DNA from: Lophium mytilinum
Taxonomy: Eukaryota
Length of the DNA: 64,000 bases
Direction: 5' to 3'
NCBI GenBank assembly: GCA_010093605.1
Contig: MU004192.1
Span: 1,062,882 to 1,126,881, forward strand
The stretch's first letter is position 1. The number at the start of each line of letters is the position of its first letter. The translations under genes were made by a program, and so were the position numbers. Positions 1-11,754 of this stretch are shown piece after piece. Under the pieces are notes generated by a model. That model was given only the letters and a program-made list of their open reading frames with translations. It was not told the origin of the DNA and ran no database searches.

Positions 1-691
1 CCGAGATTTGAGAAGTTGTAGGATTTAGTAGGGACGGCGTAGTAAAGCAGTTTGTTGGTTGAACGGGTTTTCTTGTGTGGTGTAGTCATGAAGTGTGGTG
101 ACTTGTCTACGTGGTGTCTCAATATGCGTAGGCGATGTGTACATATGATAATAAAAGTTACGGATCGAACCGTGTGAAATTCAGTTTGCTAGACGCTTCG
201 TGGTTGTTTTTACCTAAGGTGTCCCTTGAACGTAGGGCAGACGATGGCCACATTAGTTAACAAAAGCAACGAATTCAACCGTGGGCTTGATAGATTGGGA
301 GCGAGCGCTTAGGTATAAGGACCTAAGAGTCTAGATAGCGAATTTAAGAAAAATCGTAAAGAACCCTAAGAAGCTAGGTATAGGCGGCTCCAGGATCACA
401 AGCTTCTGATCCCCAGCTGGATATTACTCTATAGCTTTTAAATCAGCAGGCAGATTTATACCAGGGCATGGAATATCAACAACTCCAAATATCACGAGAA
501 CTCTGCACAAAGAGATGGATTGAATGAATTTTTTATTTGCTCTGAGCGCCGCCTTAGTAGTGCTGTACCGGCAAACATAGGCGAGGACTGCTCGCCGTTC
601 GAGCAGTCGCCCACCTTTTCATTCTCCTCATGGCACGTAACAGAAGATTTCAAAGACCCCAAGTTCTCCAACCACCTAGTAGCCATCAAAC

Positions 692-1986
692 CTATGCCCT
701 CGCCATTACGCCCCAGCAGCGGATACGGTTGTCGGTGTATCCCGCAAACAAGGTTTGACCATCAGCGCTCCAGGCCAAGCTCACGCACTCCGGCTCCCGG
801 CTCTTCTTGCCAACCTCCATGTATTCGGGCTTCAGCTCGTCGACCTTGCTCTTCTTCTCGAGATCGAAGATGATGATGCTGGAGGCGGTGGCGGCGCACA
901 GCCAGTAGCGGTTGGGAGAGAAGACGAGGGCGTGGATTTCGTCACCGGCGGTGAGCGAGTATAGGTGCTTCGACTCGTTCAAGTCCCACAGCATGGTGGT
1001 TCCGTCCTTTCCACCGGACGCGCAGAGGGAACCATCGGGGGAGATAGTGACGGTGTTGATGTAGCCGGAGTGGCCAATGTGGTCGGTTTGGATGCGGCAA
1101 GAGGCGAGTTCCCAGACCTATGGATATGCCGTCAGCTTCTGATTCAGGATGCTAGTCTGAATATTGACGTGTGGTTCGAACAAGGGTATCAGGGCAATGG
1201 TGAATGTTTGTCTCATGGCTCGAAAGCTCTGAAGTAGCAAATACTTTGAATATGCGTAGCATCATTTGAAGGCGGGTTTGTTGTGCGTATGGAATCAGGC
1301 ATACCTTGACCATCTTATCCCAGCCAGCGCTGACGATGACGGGGTTCTGGGGGTTCGGGCTGAATCGCACGCACGACACCCACTCGGTGTGGCCCTTGTC
1401 GGTGATGGTGAACTTGCAGTCTCCGAGGGTGTTCCATAGCTTGATGGTTCGGTCGCGCGAGCCGGAGACGATCTGACGGTTGTCGGCGGAGAAGGAGACG
1501 GAGAGAACATCGTTGGTGTGGCCGACAAATCTCCGAGTAGTGGCTCCAGTCGAAAGCTCCCAGAGACGGAGGGTCTTGTCCCAGGAGGACGACAGAGCGT
1601 AGGCACCGTCAGAGGAGATGACCTGCACGCTCAAAATATCAGCCTTTGTGCTCTAGCCAGCGCTGCCAATCTCCAATTGCTCCCCCGGATTAACGTACGC
1701 AGTCGGAGACGATGTGCGAGTGGCCGTGAAGGCTTCGCTTGGGGTAGCCGTACGAGGTCTCGTCGCGGGTCAGATTCCAGATGATGAGGGTCTTGTCGCG
1801 GCTTCCGGACAGGAGCATGTTCGGGCTAGCTGCCAGTCAGTCCATTTGAAGCTATTGAAGCTATTGAAGCCCGTCGCGCTGGGAGGGGAGCTGGTGTCGC
1901 ACGTACTTTTCGAGCGAGGTCGCCAGCGAGGTGACCCAGCCGGTGTGGCCCTCGAGGGTGCCGCGGAGAACCAACTGCTCGGCCAT
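692..1986 (-). CDS. cpc-2: RACK1/Asc1/CPC-2 WD40 ribosome-associated G-beta-like protein (4 exons: 1986-1907, 1825-1699, 1622-1305, 1117-692)
   Basis: Translation [24 protein letters not shown]...[19 protein letters not shown]...[31 protein letters not shown]...[19 protein letters not shown] is the RACK1 sequence; GT..AG introns restore the frame. Confidence 0.97.
1186..1270 (-). ncRNA. snR24: Box C/D snoRNA U24/snR24 homolog in the third cpc-2 intron
   Basis: Minus strand reads TCAAATGATG (C box)...TATTTGCTACTT-CAGA (guide + D')...ATGAGAC (C')...TCACCATTGCC-CTGA (D). This matches yeast snR24 as I recall it, which is also hosted by the ASC1 intron. The intron is unusually long (187 nt) for this genome. 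Confidence 0.85.
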
Positions 1987-4900
1987 GATGGAAGTCTGCT
2001 GCCTGACGCTGTGGAGGAGGAATTGGAGAGCACTGGTGGAGTCGTGGGCGGCAGAGTTGGCTCTCGAGAAAATCAATCGCAGGTCAACTTCTCGGCTGTG
2101 CGCGCTAAGCGAGACTTAGATCTTGCATGGAGAGGAGCTTCCACACGTGACTCCAACCTCATCCTCTTTTTCTTCTCCGTCCATCAGTTATCCAGTGCTG
2201 CAGGATAATACCAACTCTCCGTGCCAGTAGAGCCCTTGCTGCCTGGCTAGCATTACTATATTGCGCCAGGTTATCATCTCATTACCGACTATATGACACC
2301 CTGAAGGCTTCCTTGGGCTCTGCCTACTATCTCGTCACATATCTATACATACTTTTCCTCGCTAGTTTGAATTGCCTTTATACACCGTCACGCGTCTGGT
2401 CGGGATGATTGCTCTTTTTCATTGAAAGACAAGCTCGCTGGGCCACCTTCGACGGCAGTGTCTGCACATCACTCGCGTGGCAGAATCTTTCAATATTCCT
2501 CTCGTCAGCACGCTAATATAAATATCCTGAGAATGACCAAGAACTTATCAAAGGGCTATTTCTCCTTCTCAAGGTATTGCCCCAAAGCTTTTCGAACGAC
2601 GTGTTTCAAGGTTCTCAACCTGGTGTGTTTCGAGTGCTATTGTGAACTAAATGTTCTTGGCAACTATTGCCTATTGTCTTCACCCCTTTCCCCAGCAAAT
2701 GGTTTGCCGGCTAGGAAGACACGCAAGTATTTTACGCGGTATATTCTCTTCACGCTGGCATTTAACAGTTACAATGTCGATCCCTCCAAATTCTTGAGTC
2801 ATGTTCACCCCAACTTCGCATCTGAATCGTACTCCAGAATGTACTCCGCTGAATGTCCGTCATTGAATCATATGTTTGATGGTGTATATAACGCTCGATT
2901 GTGCGAGCCTCGATCAAGAAATACCTCGAACGATATCAGGTCGTATGACGCAGTCTTTAGCCCGCCTCCAGTGGCTTGGTACTAGACTTCGGGCGCTACA
3001 GTCTAGACTTTTCGCACAAACTGGCTGTGGCTGGACCATTCGCTTCAGGAAGAAGCACACACAACAATACCCCATAATGAGCAGCAAGGCTTCATCAAGA
3101 CAAGCACGAATAAAAGCGGGACTTGATCTTTACGGATCACCACAAAGGGGTCCATCATGCATCGAAAGGGACGCTATCTCGGCCGCTCCGAGAAGTTTAC
3201 TTCTATCGCAGTGCTCCTGTAGAGAACTGCGTTTCTCCCCGGGAGACATATTCTATTCTTAGGATTGGGTGGGGTGAGATGCTGGCCCACGGAAAGGGGT
3301 ATCTAGGATGTGTCAAGGGCATTGTTTCATCGCGTGCGCGGGGGGGATGTTTCGTCGTTTCAAACATCACCAGGTACGCATCTTTCATTAAGGAGGCTTC
3401 ATGTGCTAGGTCAAAGCCTAGGCACACAGACGCTTGAGTGCCACCTTTGAACTTGGACACCATTGTCAGAAGTAGCTGGTCAAAGGCTAGCTTGGAATAC
3501 ACTGCACAGAGCACATAATCATATCCTGTCCTGTAGCGCTTTCATTGTGGTCTCCGAGTTGATGATCAGTATTGAAGTACCAGGGAATGCATCCAATAGA
3601 GCGCCACAGAGCTCAATTTGGGCCAATAAGTATTGTGTGACTCGATCAAGTTGGAAAAGAGAGCAAAAATACCACCATTTAGAAGAAGTTTCAACCGAAA
3701 GGTAAAAGATCGACTACTTCTAATAAGGTGGATGGCTTTTGCAAGATACCGCCCCACGTGCTGAGATGAAGCTGGAAGGCGCTGTTTTCAAGCGCAGTGG
3801 CAACCCAGACCAAAAAGCTTATTTGGATCTCACTCAACGGAATTGAAGAAGACGTTAGACATATAGACACAAACCGATGGTGTACTATTTTGAGCAGTCG
3901 CCATCCTCATCGACCGCCTGCGGCTCGTCCCGCCCAATCGCGTCGGTGAAAACGTCATCAGGCATCTTGTCTCAACCTACCTCATGCTATCCAAATCTCC
4001 AGACCACCAGCAAACGCGTCCTCCTTCGACGACGACGCTTCTTTTCATAGACGTCTTCTCAGCACCAGCGACGTCCAACGTCCGCCAAGAACGCTTACTA
4101 AAGGCTCGCGAAGCTGCTGGTGGTGGTTAATAGATGGCCCTGCAGGGCTGCAGCCTCTCCAAGTCTCGAAATAGCAGCCGAGAATGCTCTACCCCGGATT
4201 CTCGACGGCGACGGGAATACCGGTGAGTAGAAATAACATCTCATGGTTCCGCAAATGCTATATCCTGACACGTCAGCACGTGCAGGATGTCACTGGAGTC
4301 ACGGAGGACTTGAGATGGAGGCTCAACACTCTCCTGCACGGCGAATACAGGACGAACAGCCACGAACACGCTGCCAGGCACACATGGGTTCGGATGACCA
4401 CTGCACATCACGATCGGCTGATGCGACCTGGATATTGCAGTACAGCGCAGCCTGCTCGTCGAACAAACACGCCGCCTCATTCGCCGCACGTCGAAGGCTG
4501 CTGGTCAATCTGAAGCATAGCCAGCTTCAGGTTTGCTCGCGAGGGCAGGAACAGCCTACAGCGGCGCAGTGCGCGCGAGGCAGCAGGACGAGGAGGCTCT
4601 TTTTCAAGGTTGGGGTTTCCCGAGCTGAGGTCTTCGGCATGGTCTCGTCGCCGGCACTGGGCGAGCAGAAAACAACGCGTTTGCTGATTAGTGCCGTTTC
4701 AGACTCTGGGCCCCTGGAAAGAGGAGCGGAAGAGGGCAAGAGGGCAGCGGACCGTCACCATGTCTTCCCGCGGGCTGGGCGCCATGCAGAGGTAGGCCTT
4801 GCGAGCAAAGCGAACGGGAGCGCGGTCGGAGGATTTCAGATCGCGTTGGGGAGCATCGCGGAAATCATGACGCCCTCTAATTATACCCCTTTTCGCAGCA

Positions 4901-5280
4901 GGATCGGCTTAGTCGAGCGCGCCAGCATGTCGGAACACAGCCCTGGAGCCCTAAAGCTCGGAGCACGCCAAGGGGTGGGTGGCTCAGGGATGCAGCGAGG
5001 TGGACGAAACGAGATCCTCTCAAAACACTACTCAGATCCGCCCAGCTACCGGGCATCGACCACCACGCGTGGGCCCCAAAGGTTTGAAGCCAGCCCGCTC
5101 TGATATCACGCCTCGACTCCCCTCTGCGCGCTCAGGCCTGCTCAAAACCACCTGCTCGCCCAGCTGCCGACCGCACCGCACCTCACCACCTCGTCCGCGC
5201 CCTCCCAGCGAGTAATACAGTAAAGGGGCCCGTTCGCAACAATCTTCCGGAATGCCCACCGCTTCGACGCGCCGCCCACG

Positions 5281-7064
5281 ATGAATATGGACCGCGACCA
5301 GCCTCAATTCTTCGCCCACCCTGCCTCGCAGCCGCTCCAGAACTCCTCCCGCTCCATCCGCAGTCTCCATAACTCCACCCCCTTCTCCGAGCCCGAGGGC
5401 GCCTCGCCGTCGCCGCACCCGAACCAGGCACGCGTTACCAACGATGTCTTACAATGCATACACGGCTTGAAACATCTGGATGACCAGCAGATCTTGGATT
5501 TGTTGCGCGTTGCTCGTGGTCCTGGTACGCATTGCGCCGACCTGTCCTCGATACTGATTACTAACGCTAGAGCCACACAGATCGATTCTCAATCTCGACA
5601 ATCGACAGTCGCGCATCCTCCTACCTCAGCCTCCCGTCCAGAGCACCCAGCATATTCTCAAACCCGAGAGACTCGGTCAGCACCACGGATACGCGATGGA
5701 GCTGCTATACCTCTGCGTCTCGCATGTCGCAAGCGCCCAGTGTCACGGCGGCTAAGAAATTCGGTTGCACATTCTGTGACAAGACATTGAAGACGAAGGC
5801 CTACTGGAAGTCACACGAGGAGGAGTTCCACGAACAAGCACAGAGGTGGAAGTGTCCTGACTGCGACCAATGGTTCAACGCCGGAAAGCGCTTTCGTGAG
5901 CACCACTACAAGTGCCATGCGTGTGAGCAGTGTGAACAGAGCAAGGACGTAGGACCCGGACACCCGAGGAAGCCGTCGACTTGTGTGAAGAAAGCAATGC
6001 ATCCAATGCACAACAAAGACGCTTGGGGCTGTGGCTTCTGTGCGAAGCTTCTTGCCTCATGGGAAGAGAGGTGCGACCATATTGCCCAACACTTCGAAGA
6101 CGGAGCCGCCAAGTCGGACTGGAAATTCACGAATGTCATTACTGCCTTGCTTCAACAATCGCGCATCTCGGTGGCGTGGAACAACTATCTTGCGACCAAG
6201 CATGGAGAAAGCTCCTATTGGCCCTCTTTCTCTTGGGACCCGAAGAAGACGGCCAGCTTCACCAAGTATAATCGACTGCGATTTGCATTAGAAGACAGCT
6301 GGGATCCGCGTACGTTTGACGTCAACAACCTTATCCAACAGACCTACGAGCTGGGGGCGGTTGAGTCAAGAGAGCAAAAGACCGAGCCTGTCTTGGAAAT
6401 CGACGTCGTTGAAGCGAAGATTGTTCCCTCCAACGACATAGAGATGGAAATGGAAATCTCCGTCGAGCATGAGTACAGAGGGCCATCTCACATTGACCCT
6501 CCACAATATCAGCAACCTCACTGGGAAGCACCCTCTCAGGAAACCTTGAAACCAAATCCGAGCCACGTAACCCTACCCACAACGACCTATATCGACAACA
6601 GCTACTCACAACCTCTATCCGTAGATTTCGGCCAGAGCGCGTTGTTTGACAGTAGCTTCTTCAACGAGTCCGGAATCCAGACGTTTGATCATATTGGATC
6701 ATTTATGGACTATACCACGAATGAGCCACCACCCGTGAATCAACTAGACCCAACTATGGGATATTCAAAATCGATGTCATCGCCATACACCGCACCTACT
6801 ACTCCAGCACCTCCGCCTCCCGTTCCCACGCCTCAATCACACCGCGCTCGACTGGTCTCGATTGCGAGCAGACGGCCGCCAGTGCCTCAACCCCAACATC
6901 CTCCACCGCCGCCGCCGAAAGATAGGGTCCCTTCTCAGATGAGCGCTTCTCACGCTTCTCTCATGAGTGCCTCTCAGATGGGTATTCGAAGACAACCGGA
7001 TAACCCATCAAGACATGCCATCCTTCCATCCACGTCATGGGCAAATGAGGAACAGTGGCATTGA
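5281..7064 (+). CDS. C2H2 zinc-finger protein, putative transcription factor (intron 5525-5580)
   Basis: FGCTFCDKTLKTKAYWKSHEEEFH, WKCPDC...HHYKCH and AWGCGFC...WEERCDHIAQHF motifs; GTACGC..CTAAC..CAG intron joins ORF 5281 to ORF 5724 in frame; Pro/Ser-rich C-terminus. Confidence 0.85.
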
Positions 7065-8343
7065 GCACACAGGGTACTCTAATTCATCAGATTCATGACC
7101 AACACGGCCTCTCAATATAGCACTCATTTACGAGGCTTTGCAATCCGTTGCATAATCTATCATCAAGCACGCGGGCAACAAGGCTATCACCACATGGTCA
7201 CCAGCGACAGCACGCCCCGGCACCCTGTATTCCGGCTGGCTCCGATGTTACAACTCGGCTTCATCCCTTGAGCCCGAAGAAGTCCATGGTTGAAAGCAGG
7301 AAGGCCAGCACGTCCCGTTCGACCCGAGCTCCATCATGAGAGCATCAACCTCAACACTTCCGGCTCTGTATCAAGACAGACTTCAAAACTCAATATAATT
7401 TTTTTTTCATTTCATGGTCGTTCATAATCGGCCGTCACCATTTCCAGCCTTTTCATATGTTCTTACGCATTTCGCATGGTTCGAGCGAACGCCACCGCTC
7501 CCATTTGTACCTAATATACCCGGGATGAAGCCGCGCTCAATCCCCGACGAGAAAAGCATTTAGCTTGACGAATTGTATCATAGATAACAGAATAGATGAA
7601 GATCATCGGTACTTCATATAAGGCTTCTTTATTTCACTGACTGATGATAGGTCGGTAGCGTCGCGATATCACTAACTTATGACAGAGCTGAGCTGATAAC
7701 AGTAAAATCCACAGTCGCCAAATTTAGATGGATCTACGTAGATGTCTTTCATCATGTCAATGACCCAATTTCCAAAACAAAGCACTCTCTCTCAAACTCT
7801 TTCACACTATCAGAAAAGTACCTACCATCCCCAATAGTTCAACAGGGTTGCTCCACGATGTCCAAGACCCAAGAGGGTTGAATCAGGGCTATACGGACCT
7901 TGGATCGGGAAGCCTCACTCGAACCAAACGACATGCTACCAGAGACATGGTTACACCCCAAGATAGCTCTTGAGAACCCGCTTCAGCAATGTAAGAACCT
8001 GCGGCAGCTTAAACTAGGCTCAATCAACGAGGATGCCTCGAATTATACCAAACCTCCAGGTGCCCTAGATCAAAAGGCCCCACTCCGGCATTTTGACAAC
8101 CTACCAGAGGGATAGTAGCGCCCCTAAGGTACTCCAAGGCAATATGCACCACGTCAAAACCTGAAGTAACCAGATTAGGATCGCTCCACTAGCTTTCACT
8201 ATGGCTAAACGGCTAAATCGAATCCATGTCAGCCTACTACAAGACTTGATAAGATCATGCCCCTACACTCTGAAGTCAAGCCTTTATTCCCCCAAACTCA
8301 ACTTCCGCATCTCCAAAATATCACCCCCAACTTCCTGCCCACC

Positions 8344-9339
8344 ATGCCTCCGTCCCCTAAACCTCTAATCAGCCACATCTACACCGCCGACCCTTCCGCC
8401 CACGTCTTCAACGACCGCATCTACATCTACCCTTCCCACGACATCTCAACCGACATCCGCGACAACGACAACGGCGACCAATACGCCATGACAGACTACC
8501 ACGTCTTCTCCACCCCCTCCCTCCGCAGCAGTTCTCCGCCCGCAGTCGTCACCGACCACGGCCCCGTGCTCTCCCTCTCCCAGATCCCGTGGGCCGCGAA
8601 ACAGCTCTGGGCCCCCGACGCCGCGGCCAAGAACGGGAAATACTACCTCTACTTCCCCGCGCGCGACATGGCAGGCGTGTTCCGCATCGGCGTCGCCGTA
8701 GGCGAAGCACCAGAGGGCCCGTTCCGCGCAGAGCCGGCGCCGATTCCAGGCAGCTATAGCATCGATCCTGCGGCGTTTGTGGATGAGGATGGGGCCGCGT
8801 ATCTGTATTTCGGCGGCGTGTGGGGCGGGCAGCTGCAGTGCTGGCGCGGGGAAGATTTTAATGGGGACGCGTATGAGGAGATGGAAGCTAGGGGGGAGGA
8901 AGCGGCTTTGCGCCCCCGAGTGGCGAGGTTGAGGGAGGATATGTTGGGGTTTGATGAGGATGGGGTGAGGGAGGTGGAGATTTTGATGCCGGATGGCACG
9001 CCGGTTCCTGCGGGCGATCGGGAGAAGCGGTTTTTTGAGGCGAGTTGGGTGCATAAAAGGGGCGGGGTTTACTATTTTTCGTATTCGACGGGGGATTCGC
9101 ATTTGTTGATTTATGCGACGGGGGGGAGTCCGTTGGGGCCGTTTACGTATAGGGGTGTGATACTGCGGCCGGTGGTGGGGTGGACGACGCATCATTCGAT
9201 TGTGGAGTTTGAGGGGAGGTGGTGGCTGTTTTATCATGATGCGAGTTTGAGTGGGGGGGTTAATCATTTGAGGTGTGTGAAGGTGAGGGAGATTTGGTAT
9301 GATGCGGAGGGGGCGATTAGGTTGATGGATGAGCAATGA
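8344..9339 (+). CDS. Glycoside hydrolase family 43 (beta-xylosidase/arabinofuranosidase-like), intronless, no signal peptide
   Basis: YTADPSAHVFNDRIYIYPSHD, QLWAPD, SIDPA, FFEASW, VGWTTHHSIVEF motifs. Confidence 0.93.
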   Translation: MPPSPKPLISHIYTADPSAHVFNDRIYIYPSHDISTDIRDNDNGDQYAMTDYHVFSTPSLRSSSPPAVVTDHGPVLSLSQIPWAAKQLWAPDAAAKNGKYYLYFPARDMAGVFRIGVAVGEAPEGPFRAEPAPIPGSYSIDPAAFVDEDGAAYLYFGGVWGGQLQCWRGEDFNGDAYEEMEARGEEAALRPRVARLREDMLGFDEDGVREVEILMPDGTPVPAGDREKRFFEASWVHKRGGVYYFSYSTGDSHLLIYATGGSPLGPFTYRGVILRPVVGWTTHHSIVEFEGRWWLFYHDASLSGGVNHLRCVKVREIWYDAEGAIRLMDEQ

Positions 9340-9998
9340 GTTTGAGATCTGATGTCAATGCGGCTTTATAGAGCTGTCCTGTCACCATTCTTCTCTGAGG
9401 CTCTCAGAAGTCGTGAAAAGATGGTTTGATGTCGCCATTGAGGATCTAAACCTCAATTCAATGCGTTAGTTGAATTTTCGAGAAGTCCTCAGGCCTATCA
9501 GGACGCGGAAATGGACCAATCCGACTCAAGTCTTCTATTTCTTTATATCTTTATTTCTAAAAGTTGGAGTGTCTTTCCGTTTCATCTTTCGGACATGTCC
9601 GGACTCCGTACGTTACATATAAAAACGCGTGAATCCGCCTTTACCTCTTGCTTCACAAGGGATCGCTTGAACGGGTTGTTTTCTTGATATTCTGGGAAGC
9701 AAGGGGATTCAAATACGCCTTGCACGAAGTTCGTGGGGTTCGTTACACGGAAATTTAGGAAAGCAATCAACGGTTCACGAAAAAGTCAAAACTGGGGAGA
9801 TTCAAGTTGGGGGGAAGGCCGAAGCCGGGTTTGTATTGGGGGGTGTTGTCTATGCTATGCGTTAGTGGCACATCATGTGCACATCTATTCTAACGCGCTA
9901 GCCATGTAAGCTTGACATGTACTAGCAAAGGTGAAGCATTCTAAGGGGCTGCTTAGCCTACCTTAAGGGAGCACGCTCATGAGGAAGCTGGGTCTTTC

Positions 9999-11204
9999 CT
10001 AATATGAACCATAGGAAGTGCTGGCCGTTGTGCGGCGAGGGCGCGTTGAAGTCGAAGCCAGAGAAGCACGAGAAGTATAATCGCCGATGCGAGTAGATGC
10101 TCCTCCACCTTCAATTGAATATATGATCCCATCCTTATGATGGTAGCGGCACCGGAGAGCCTCCTCGCCAAATTTGGCCGCAAGCGCTTTCCCTTCTGCC
10201 ATCACGTCGGCATATCGCGGTAACCCTTTGGTGTTTCCTGACTCGAGTCCTGCAATGATGATCGGCTCGAGAGCGCGCAGCTTCTTAAGCCGCTTCTCCC
10301 AGTCGGTTCCATAGGAGGATGTGGCGGACGTTGTGGCAGTAGTTCGAGAACGTGATGTAGACACAAGAGCAGCACGAGAGGTATAGTCATCGCGAGAGGT
10401 ATAGTCATCGACGCGAGAGTACTCTCCTCCCCTACCGTGAACTGGAACGAGGAGCCTATCTCTATAGCGGCACTGGAAAGCCTCCTCGCCAAATACGGCC
10501 ACAAGCGCTCTCCCTTCTTCTAACACGCGGTTTTTTGGCGGTAGACCTTCGTAGTTTCCTGACATGCTGGCTGACAAGATCTTACGCTCAAGAGCTTGGA
10601 GATTCTTCATGCGCTTCACCCAATCTGAGCCGCCGTAGGATGTGGCGGACGTTGTAGCACGGGACGTATAGTCGCCGACGTAAGAATAATCTCCCCTAGG
10701 ATGATCTGGATGGGATATCTCATCTCCCTTGTAGCGGAGTTGGAGAGCCTGTTCTCCAAACTTGGCCGCAAGTGCTTTTCCTTCTGCTAACACGCCTTGG
10801 AATGGTGGTAAGCCTTTGTGCTTTCCTGACATGATGATAGGCTCGAGAGCGCGCACTTTCTTGAGCCGCTTCTCCCAATCTGATCCATAGGCTGTGCCGG
10901 ACGTTGTGGCAGTGGTGCGAGGAAGTGATGTAGAGGGAGTGATCCGACGTGATGTCGAGGGAGGAGCTCTACCGTGGGTATGACGTGGAGCAGAGCTGTG
11001 CATAGAGCGGCCGTGTGAAGGTCCTAGGCTCAGTGCCTCAAGGCCGAGAGTGGACTCTTGTCGTCGAGATCCTGAGGCCGAGACTTCTTTGCGAGGCCGA
11101 GAATGCCCTGGTATTTCTGTTCGAGCTGGCGTGAACTCCTTGACCTGGGGCCGTCGAGTCGCAGCATTGTCTAGGGCATTGGAGCCGAGGTAATTGAGTG
11201 GCAT
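9999..11204 (-). CDS. Hypothetical protein with three internal ~80-aa repeats
   Basis: 401-aa ATG-initiated intronless ORF; unit DW(E/V)KR(L/M)KxxxALExxI...GLP....V(L/M)xEG(K/R)ALxAxFGE(Q/E)AxxxRY...DYTSR occurs three times with frame preserved. Confidence 0.75.
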   Translation of the reverse strand: MPLNYLGSNALDNAATRRPQVKEFTPARTEIPGHSRPRKEVSASGSRRQESTLGLEALSLGPSHGRSMHSSAPRHTHGRAPPSTSRRITPSTSLPRTTATTSGTAYGSDWEKRLKKVRALEPIIMSGKHKGLPPFQGVLAEGKALAAKFGEQALQLRYKGDEISHPDHPRGDYSYVGDYTSRATTSATSYGGSDWVKRMKNLQALERKILSASMSGNYEGLPPKNRVLEEGRALVAVFGEEAFQCRYRDRLLVPVHGRGGEYSRVDDYTSRDDYTSRAALVSTSRSRTTATTSATSSYGTDWEKRLKKLRALEPIIIAGLESGNTKGLPRYADVMAEGKALAAKFGEEALRCRYHHKDGIIYSIEGGGASTRIGDYTSRASLASTSTRPRRTTASTSYGSY

Positions 11205-11754
11205 GTTCCTAGAGCTGTTGTGTTGATTGCTCTGAGAAAGGATGGTGATTGGAAGACTGGGTCTGTGGGAACTGTTGACTTGAAGACTGTATGTTGCAAG
11301 TTGAGTTCCGAAGATCTGATGGTGAGGTTTGAATGAGAAGGCCGGGGCGTTTTATAGATTCGGAATACCGTACAATGTTCTCGTTGTGGAGGGACACATG
11401 AGGAGGAGGAGAGAAGTACAATGTGCGTTGTGAGTAACGTTCTCTCTTCGAGCTTCAATCGAGTACGTTCTGATTGAGTCACTTCGGAGCCTGACATTGT
11501 ATGGTTCGGATTTTTAGTTGCAGACAAGGCTTCATTGGAGTGATATTTCCCAACATTAAGTTCAACGCCGGTCGGCCCTGAAGAGGCTGAATATGCTGGG
11601 GTCTTTCATACAGCGCCAAAACAACGCAAAACGTTACCCTAAGTATGCTCGATCAACATGCTTCCGCTAACAATGCTGCAACACTGAAATGCTAGAGCTT
11701 TATCAGCATCGCTCGCTCATCAGTCATCAGCTAGGACATATGCTTACCCGACGA

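Noticed and set aside
2400..5200. ORFs 2422-2985, 2876-3262 and 4243-5103 as genes
   Set aside because: No recognisable domains or coding-like composition, mostly non-ATG starts; probably a long upstream region of the C2H2 gene or a decayed sequence I cannot identify
8446..9336. Long antisense ORFs over GH43, thiolase (58274-59107), SidL-like (30292-31278) and alternative-frame ORFs in NUP98
   Set aside because: Shadows of biased codon usage or FG-repeat coding on real genes
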